20,000 nucleotides of DNA from IMG/VR virus record IMGVR_UViG_3300007542_000024; one strand, 5' to 3'. A program made the position numbers and the translations under genes. Below are positions 14,853 through 20,000 of this stretch, piece by piece. The DNA is from an uncultured virus (IMG/VR IMGVR_UViG_3300007542_000024) (lineage: Duplodnaviria > Heunggongvirae > Uroviricota > Caudoviricetes). Under the pieces are notes generated by a model. That model saw nothing but the letters and a program-made list of their open reading frames with translations. It was not told where the DNA came from and ran no database searches. The first letter of the stretch is position 1; every line of letters starts with the position of its first letter.

Positions 14853-15764
14853 ATGTCAGGTTCGAGGGTCCCTTCCCGCATGCACCGTCAAGGCCCCCCG
14901 CAGCCCGTTCAGGGGATCGGTTCTGCGTTCGCCCAGAACCAGGCTCTTGCCGGAGCCCAGGATCCGGAGGCTGCTGCAAAGCTCTCCGAGCTGCCACCCG
15001 AGGAGCGAGCAGAGTACCTCCAGAAGATGGAGCGAGAGCGGGCTCGACGGGAGGAGATCATCGGAGAACTCCTGGGAGCTTACTCGCAAGGACTCCTGGA
15101 GGGGTTCTCGGGCATCGTCGCTGTGTCGTCGGACGATCTCTCGGAGAAGCTCAACGGCATGCCAACTCCCCAGTTGGAGAAGCTCTTCACCCGCTTCAAC
15201 GAGTGGTTGGAGGACAAGGAGATCTCGGGCGACGCCGGGGACCTCTTCCTGCAGCCGGCTGTGACCGACCCTGCCGATCCTCTCTACGACCCCATGATGG
15301 ACCACCCGCGGCGGAAGGCGCTCAACGAGCAGCTGGAGCCCATGAGCTTCTCGCAGATGGTCTTCAAGGGCTATGTGGACCAGACGGTCACTGTGCGCGA
15401 AGGCCTCACGGTCACCTTCCGCACCCTGCCCCAGCAGCACGGGCTGTGGCTCGAGCGTGAGCTGATCCGGGCGAAGGACTTCATGGCCCAGTACGGCCGC
15501 CACTGGTTCTCGTCCATGCAGGTGGCCACCTCGGTGCAGGCCATCAACGGCGAGAGCATCGGCCCCGACCTCTCCCCCTACTTCAAGGACACCGAGGAGC
15601 ACCGCAAGGGCTTCCTCGAGGCGCTGGCCGACCGCCTGGAGTACCTGGGGCAGCGTCCCGCCATCCTGAACGACATCCTCATCGTGCACTACACCTGGTT
15701 CTGCGGGAGGGTCCGGCGCGACTTGCTGGGCGGCAACCTGACGGAGAAGGTGGGAAACTCCTAG
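14853..15764 (+). CDS. Putative tail assembly chaperone (gpG-like, short form)
   Basis: AGGAG SD before ATG 14853 (alternative start 14823); 303 aa; ends GTG GGA AAC TCC TAG with a slippery heptamer. Confidence 0.6.
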   Translation: MSGSRVPSRMHRQGPPQPVQGIGSAFAQNQALAGAQDPEAAAKLSELPPEERAEYLQKMERERARREEIIGELLGAYSQGLLEGFSGIVAVSSDDLSEKLNGMPTPQLEKLFTRFNEWLEDKEISGDAGDLFLQPAVTDPADPLYDPMMDHPRRKALNEQLEPMSFSQMVFKGYVDQTVTVREGLTVTFRTLPQQHGLWLERELIRAKDFMAQYGRHWFSSMQVATSVQAINGESIGPDLSPYFKDTEEHRKGFLEALADRLEYLGQRPAILNDILIVHYTWFCGRVRRDLLGGNLTEKVGNS

Positions 15765-15801
15765 AGGAGCCCCTGCAGCTCGCCCAAGCGGAGCTCCTCT
15801 A
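15752..15801 (+). promoter_or_regulatory. Programmed -1 ribosomal frameshift signal: G GGA AAC plus downstream stem
   Basis: In-frame X XXY YYZ heptamer at 15752-15758; TAGAGGAGC (15762-15770) pairs with GCTCCTCTA (15793-15801). Confidence 0.75.
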
Positions 15802-16240
15802 CGAACGGTACAAGGGCCAGGACAACCTCACCGCGCTGCAGCTGCGCCTGGTGTTGCTGGTCCACGTGCACCAGAAGCAGCAGCGCTTCCTCGAGGTACA
15901 GGCCCTCGCCTTCTCGGCGATGAGCAGCGAGACGCAGAAGGTGGCGCGTGCGCAGGTGGACCGCTTGCGCAAGCACATGTTCCCTGGCGCCAAGAGCGAG
16001 AAGGAGCAGTGGGCAGAGAAGGCCCGCCGCCAGCTGGCCGAGGAAGCCAAGAAGGTCTACCTGGTCACGCCGCACGGCGCCGGCGCGGTCAAGAACCTCA
16101 AGGCTGCCCTGCACTCGGACAACGCCGACATGCGCCGCTGGGCCTCCCACGAGCTCAAGGAGCGGGAGCGCAAGAAGAAGCAGGTGAGCTACCGCCAGCG
16201 CCGGCCCAAGCGCTACGGTGCGGGCATCACGCAGCTGTAG
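15758..16240 (+). CDS. Frameshift extension (gpT-like part of a gpGT-like fusion, about 462 aa in total)
   Basis: The -1 frame is open from the slippery site (LLEEPLQLAQAELLYERY...) to TAG 16240 with coding-like GC3; no convincing SD/start of its own. Confidence 0.7.
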   Translation, partial: LLEEPLQLAQAELLYERYKGQDNLTALQLRLVLLVHVHQKQQRFLEVQALAFSAMSSETQKVARAQVDRLRKHMFPGAKSEKEQWAEKARRQLAEEAKKVYLVTPHGAGAVKNLKAALHSDNADMRRWASHELKERERKKKQVSYRQRRPKRYGAGITQL

Positions 16241-16253
16241 GCCTGCTGAGGGC

Positions 16254-16276
16254 AAAAAGGAAGCGCGGGGGCTTCC
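16254..16276 (-). terminator. Intrinsic terminator GGAAGC-ccccgc-GCTTCC-TTTTT
   Basis: 6-bp stem directly followed by five T on the - strand. Confidence 0.75.
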
Positions 16277-16545
16277 GGGTGGGGGTGGTCCCGGCGGTGA
16301 GGTCTCGATCTCCCGGATGTACAAGTCCGGCGGCGCCGGTGGGAGTTGGGGATTGGTTGGTTCGCTGGAAGCCTGCCTGTACCAGGCTCCCGAAATGAGA
16401 CCTCACCTGCCGGGTCCGACGACTGATGTCGCGTACCTACAGCGGGCACATAGCCACCTCTCGGTGGGGGTTGGACGTCGCGCCTTCCCGCGGCTCGCCC
16501 CTCACGTGAGCAGCGGCCGAGGGAAGGCGTCTGCTTTCCTTCCTC
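16254..16545 (-). ncRNA. Candidate structured non-coding RNA, about 295 nt, family not recognised
   Basis: Bounded by the ATAAG motif and a terminator; several stems, a GAGA tetraloop and G-U wobbles that fit only the - strand; no credible ORF. Confidence 0.6.
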
Positions 16546-16551
16546 ACAGTG

Positions 16552-16564
16552 CTTATGCAGAGGA
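16552..16564 (-). promoter_or_regulatory. Variant promoter-like motif TCCTCTGCATAAG
   Basis: ATAAG core pointing into the ncRNA candidate. Confidence 0.55.
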
Positions 16565-16574
16565 CGCGCTCCGA

Positions 16575-16590
16575 TTTTCACCGTGATAGG
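16575..16590 (+). promoter_or_regulatory. Putative late promoter TTTTCACCGTGATAGG
   Basis: 13/16 identical to 3370-3385 (-); precedes three FxxELxKxA genes. Confidence 0.45.
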
Positions 16591-16621
16591 GTGTCCTCGT
16601 CACCCTACGCCGGAGACCTCC

Positions 16622-16954
16622 ATGAACGACACCACCCGAGGCCAGCTCCTCGCCCGTGGCTTCGCTTCCGAGCTCGAGAAGCAGGCAGGCAAGGGGAAGA
16701 GGCTCGCCGAGAAGCTCATCTCCCCCAAGAAGTACTACGCCAAGAAGGCTGACCGGCTCGGGCAGCGCGCGGGCCGTCAGGCGCGGGAAGCACACGAAGT
16801 GCGCAAGCGCTTCCCCCTGGGCTCGGCGGCCGCGGATGCGGTCGACGACCTGGCCACCCAGAACCACCTGGCCGCCAAGCTGGCCACCAAGAAGAGCAAC
16901 TCGCTGCGGGGCCTGCGAGGCCGCATCGAGGCTGTGACCGGGAGGAGGCTGTGA
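16622..16954 (+). CDS. Small basic protein with N-terminal GFASELEKQA motif (putative internal virion protein)
   Basis: Start moved to ATG 16622 (GGAG SD); 110 aa; Lys/Arg/Ala-rich. Confidence 0.75.
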   Translation: MNDTTRGQLLARGFASELEKQAGKGKRLAEKLISPKKYYAKKADRLGQRAGRQAREAHEVRKRFPLGSAAADAVDDLATQNHLAAKLATKKSNSLRGLRGRIEAVTGRRL

Positions 16955-17187
16955 ACTCTACCCTGCGCCAAGGCTTCGTCACCGAGCTGGTGAAGCTCGC
17001 TGGCCTCAAGCCCAACCTCAAGGCGATGTCGCTCGATGAGCGGCTCAACCACCTGCTCGTCCAGGCCGAACGCGGGGCCAAGAAGCGCGTGAAGGCCATC
17101 AAGGCTGGGGCGCGCTCGGCCGAGCAGCGCGTCGACAAGAAGGCTGCCCGCTGGGTGCGCAAGCACACCGGGGGAGGCACGCCGTAG
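16951..17187 (+). CDS. Small basic protein with N-terminal GFVTELVKLA motif
   Basis: GTGA overlap; GGAGGAGG SD; 78 aa. Confidence 0.75.
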   Translation: MNSTLRQGFVTELVKLAGLKPNLKAMSLDERLNHLLVQAERGAKKRVKAIKAGARSAEQRVDKKAARWVRKHTGGGTP

Positions 17188-17189
17188 GC

Positions 17190-17933
17190 ATGCGCCCCGA
17201 GCTGCTCCAAGGCTTCATGGACGAGCTCGAGAAGCTCGCCGTCTCCACGCAGCAGCTCGCAGCTGCAGCTGAGCGCATCGGGTACCGCAAGGCCACGGTG
17301 GGCCGAGCTATCAGGAATCCCCGGAAGATCGGGCGGCTGCTCTCCACTCGGAAGAGCCCTGCGCTCTCCCTACCCTCGGCCAAGGTCATGCAGGAGAGGG
17401 CCTCGGAGCGCATGTGGGATCTCGCTGGGGAGGCGCTGAAGCGCAAGCAAGGCCGCATCTACGTGCGCTCGTCGAAGGAGCTCGCGAAGAAGCTCGCTCC
17501 CGGCCAGAAGCTGGGCAAGGGAGACCGGCGTGCGGTGCGTGATGCGGTGGTCGTCCACGAGGGGGCCGAGCGCAAGGTACACCACCGGCTCACGGCCAAC
17601 GACTACCACGACACCTACGGGCACGCGAACCCCCGGGTCCTGCTGCACGAGCACAACATGATCTCTCGTCTCACGGGCCCTGGCTCGGAGAAGGTGCGCA
17701 AGGCGTTCCGCGGGATGCGGGAGAGCACGGGCGAGATGTCGGACCTCCAGCGGTCCATGGAGAAGGTCTACGGGCCGCGGGTACGCCAGTTCTTCCGGGA
17801 GGGAGAGAAGGTGCCCAAGGCCGTCACCAAGGACTTCGCCAAGCGCGTGGCCGCCGGCCACCCTGTGAAGCCCAAGGGCTCCGACATCAACGAGATCTTC
17901 GCGCAGTTCCAGCGGTCCATGCGAGGGCAATAG
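17190..17933 (+). CDS. Basic protein with N-terminal GFMDELEKLA motif and His/Glu cluster (possible zincin-like site)
   Basis: 247 aa; GGAGG SD; VVVHEGAE ... GHANP ... HEHN. Confidence 0.75.
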   Translation: MRPELLQGFMDELEKLAVSTQQLAAAAERIGYRKATVGRAIRNPRKIGRLLSTRKSPALSLPSAKVMQERASERMWDLAGEALKRKQGRIYVRSSKELAKKLAPGQKLGKGDRRAVRDAVVVHEGAERKVHHRLTANDYHDTYGHANPRVLLHEHNMISRLTGPGSEKVRKAFRGMRESTGEMSDLQRSMEKVYGPRVRQFFREGEKVPKAVTKDFAKRVAAGHPVKPKGSDINEIFAQFQRSMRGQ

Positions 17934-17963
17934 CGCTCTGAGGGCGAAAGGGGTGGGGAGCCC

Positions 17964-18176
17964 CTACCGGCGGCCCATGGCCGCCTGGCGTCTCCCCCTG
18001 CTCTCGCCTTCACGGCGCGCAGTCTCTTCGATGCTGTCGAGGAAGCGGTTCCACGCCGCGGCCTCTCCCGGACTCAGGGCCCTCACGCTCTCCGCGAGCC
18101 TCTCGATGTGGATAGCTCCGCCTCGAGAGGTCCTGATGCGCTGGCGCAGGCGCCGCTTGTCTTCGATGCTGCCCAT
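17964..18176 (-). CDS. Small hypothetical protein
   Basis: Start at the TGATG overlap (18176), GGAG SD; 70 aa. Confidence 0.65.
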   Translation of the reverse strand: MGSIEDKRRLRQRIRTSRGGAIHIERLAESVRALSPGEAAAWNRFLDSIEETARREGESRGRRQAAMGRR

Positions 18177-18373
18177 CAGCGCGTCTCCATGCCGAGCCTG
18201 TAGGCCGCCATCATCTCCTCGCCGAGCTCCAGGCGCTCCTTCGGGGAGAGCTTGTGAGGCCACCGCTGCACCAGGTTGCTGATGCGGTTCTTCACCCAGA
18301 AGGGCAGCGCCATGTAGCGCTCGTGCACGGACCTGGTGTCGGTCTTGACGTCGAGGATCGGCTCGTCCGTCAT
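18176..18373 (-). CDS. Small hypothetical protein
   Basis: MTDEPILDV...; GAGGAGG SD; 65 aa. Confidence 0.7.
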   Translation of the reverse strand: MTDEPILDVKTDTRSVHERYMALPFWVKNRISNLVQRWPHKLSPKERLELGEEMMAAYRLGMETR

Positions 18374-18378
18374 GGTGT

Positions 18379-19449
18379 CTACCTCCTCACCCGCACGTGG
18401 CGGGTCTTGTTGGTCTCGTCCCAGCCACGCCGCGCCTCGAAGGGCAGGACGTAGCGCCTGTAGCAGTAGTAGGTGACCCCCTCGCGCTCCTCGGTGGCCA
18501 GCACGGGACGGTCGGTGGGCTTGGTCTTGCTCCAGAAGCGCCTGGGGTGGCCGCTGATGGTCCTCCAGGCTGTGTAGGCCCCGCGGGGACCGTCCTGGGA
18601 GCCCTTCCGGGTCTTCCGGACCTCCTGGGAGAGCCTGATGACCTGGTAGGCGCGCTCCGAGCGGCCCCGGCGGCGCAGCTTCTTGATGTGGCCCTTCCGC
18701 TTCTTGGCCTTCACGGTGCTCAGGGGGTCCACGCTGTCGCTCTCGAGCACGTCCTTGCCACAGGCCAGCATCTGCAGCAGCACGTGGATCGCCCCGACGA
18801 GCTTGGCGCAGTCCACGTGCTTGTCCCCATCGTGCCACTCGGGCTTGAAGGGGGGCTTCCCCGCGTAGTTGTAGCAGTGCCAGATGGCATCGTTGCGCGG
18901 GAGCTGCGCCTCGAGGTTCGCCCGCTCGTCGATGTAGTACAGCGCGCCGTCGAAGCCCTTGTCGTGGCCCGTCACGAGGAAGCCGATGGCCGGTTTGGTG
19001 CCATGCTCGATGCAGTCGCGGAAGACGTAGACGCCCTCGACCTCATGAGCACCCGTGTCCGTGTTCCAGACCGTCAGCCCGCAGTCCTCGAGGGCCAGGT
19101 AGAAGCTGTCCCAGGGCAGGGGCGGCAGCTCATCGAGCACCTCGGGGGGCTTGGAGCGCAGCAGGGCCTGCAGCAGTCCTTCCTCGAGGCGTACGAGGTG
19201 CTTGCCGTTGCGCACCCAGGAGACGACCGCCCAGTGAAGGATCATGCTGGTGCGCAGCATGTCCGTGGTGGGGGCGAAGATACGCGCCTGGGCCTGGTCG
19301 CAGTACTTGACGAAGCTCTCGGCGCCTTCGATCTCGGGTGCCTTGGCGAGGTGGGGGAACAGGACGGGCCGCTGCACGGGCCAGAGGTCGTCCTGCACGT
19401 CGTTGGTCAGCATGTACTCGGGATGTACCACTGGGTAGTGAATAGTCAT
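18379..19449 (-). CDS. Hypothetical phage protein with LPWDSFY motif and basic C-terminal SGHPRRFW segment
   Basis: Start moved to ATG 19449 (AGGAGG SD, directly after the promoter motif); 356 aa. Confidence 0.8.
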   Translation of the reverse strand: MTIHYPVVHPEYMLTNDVQDDLWPVQRPVLFPHLAKAPEIEGAESFVKYCDQAQARIFAPTTDMLRTSMILHWAVVSWVRNGKHLVRLEEGLLQALLRSKPPEVLDELPPLPWDSFYLALEDCGLTVWNTDTGAHEVEGVYVFRDCIEHGTKPAIGFLVTGHDKGFDGALYYIDERANLEAQLPRNDAIWHCYNYAGKPPFKPEWHDGDKHVDCAKLVGAIHVLLQMLACGKDVLESDSVDPLSTVKAKKRKGHIKKLRRRGRSERAYQVIRLSQEVRKTRKGSQDGPRGAYTAWRTISGHPRRFWSKTKPTDRPVLATEEREGVTYYCYRRYVLPFEARRGWDETNKTRHVRVRR

Positions 19450-19470
19450 GGTTCTCTGCCTCCTACAAGG

Positions 19471-19483
19471 CTTATACGCAGAA
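19471..19483 (-). promoter_or_regulatory. Variant promoter-like motif TTCTGCGTATAAG
   Basis: Intergenic, 21 nt upstream of ATG 19449. Confidence 0.65.
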
Positions 19484-19500
19484 GGCAGGCGTTGTTGGCG

Positions 19501-19521
19501 AAAGAGAGGCGCAGGCCTCTC
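19501..19521 (-). terminator. Intrinsic terminator GAGAGGC-ctgc-GCCTCTC-TTT
   Basis: 7-bp stem plus T-run on the - strand, upstream of the promoter motif. Confidence 0.6.
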
Positions 19522-19594
19522 ACGGACCTCCACGTCCGCTTAGTTGCAGGGCTCGCCCGGCTTCTCGTCAGCGCAGGGGCAGCAGGCGCTTCGC

Positions 19595-19999
19595 TCAGGG
19601 GACCTCTGGGGGGTGTACGGGGACGAGCGCGTACTCCTTCCCGTCGATGTAGTACTTGCCTTCGCGGAACTGGACAGTGACCGGGTCGACACGCTCGACT
19701 ACGCCGTCTTCTCGCTCCAGGGTGAAGCCGCACCCGTAGACGAGCACGTCCCACTCCGCTTGATGGCGCGCCTGCATGTTCTGCACGATGCGGAAGGGCG
19801 CGCGTCGCATGGACTCGAGTGCCTTGGGTTCGTGCACCGTCTCGGTGGGCTCTTGCGTCGTGAAGAAGATCGCGGTCGGGTAGTGGAACACCTGGTCGAG
19901 GGTGCCTGTCACGTGGGGGCGCCTCGTGGACGCCAGGCGACAACCCTTCCAGAGTTTCGGCCCCTGGAGCGTGAACTCTTCCCGGGGTGAGAGCTCTCG
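19595..19999 (-). CDS. Hypothetical protein, probably 5'-truncated by the window edge
   Basis: The frame of the 19595-19912 ORF stays open to the window end (RELSPREEFTLQGPKLWKG...). Confidence 0.65.
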   Translation of the reverse strand, partial: RELSPREEFTLQGPKLWKGCRLASTRRPHVTGTLDQVFHYPTAIFFTTQEPTETVHEPKALESMRRAPFRIVQNMQARHQAEWDVLVYGCGFTLEREDGVVERVDPVTVQFREGKYYIDGKEYALVPVHPPEVP

Positions 20000-20000
20000 C

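Noticed and set aside
16390..16432. Hammerhead-like words (GAAA, CTGATG) on the + strand
   Set aside because: The core reads CUGAUGU rather than CUGANGA and the required stems are not arranged correctly.
16254..16545. tRNA, tmRNA or retron msr-msd identity for the structured region
   Set aside because: No T-loop or acceptor stem with a CCA end, no tag reading frame, and no reverse transcriptase in this window.
16213..16586. 122-aa ORFs on either strand across the ncRNA candidate
   Set aside because: No SD-linked start, atypical codon pattern, and they cross the promoter and terminator elements.
17945..17968. Hairpin between the convergent genes at 17933 and 17964 as a terminator
   Set aside because: The stem is short and imperfect and the T-run is weak; plausible but not well enough supported to list.

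Overview
High-GC (roughly 70%, estimated by eye) segment of what is most likely a large tailed bacteriophage genome. I see no rRNA, tRNA, CRISPR array, integrase or transposase. Two gene classes are interleaved. (1) Putative virion/late genes, mostly on the + strand: a tail-tube-like gene (1503-2258), a tail-assembly-chaperone-like pair joined by a G GGA AAC -1 slippery site with a downstream stem (14853-16240), and five otherwise unrelated proteins that share a [AG]FxxE[LI][EV]KxA motif, usually near the N-terminus. (2) A dense - strand block of small, translationally coupled accessory genes (3497-14582 and 17964-20000), including a CCA/poly(A)-polymerase-like nucleotidyltransferase, a ribbon-helix-helix protein, two Cys-His-Asp papain/transglutaminase-like paralogs and several Zn-ribbon proteins. 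This block is punctuated by a repeated promoter-like motif (TTTC-N4-ATAAG), often just downstream of a hairpin. The most notable unexplained items are the shared peptide motif (candidate capsid-targeting or cleavage signal), a ~295-nt promoter-to-terminator structured ncRNA candidate (16254-16545, - strand), a smaller ~80-nt RNA candidate, and near-identical DNA at junctions between unrelated genes. All product calls come from recognising motifs by eye; no database search was run.
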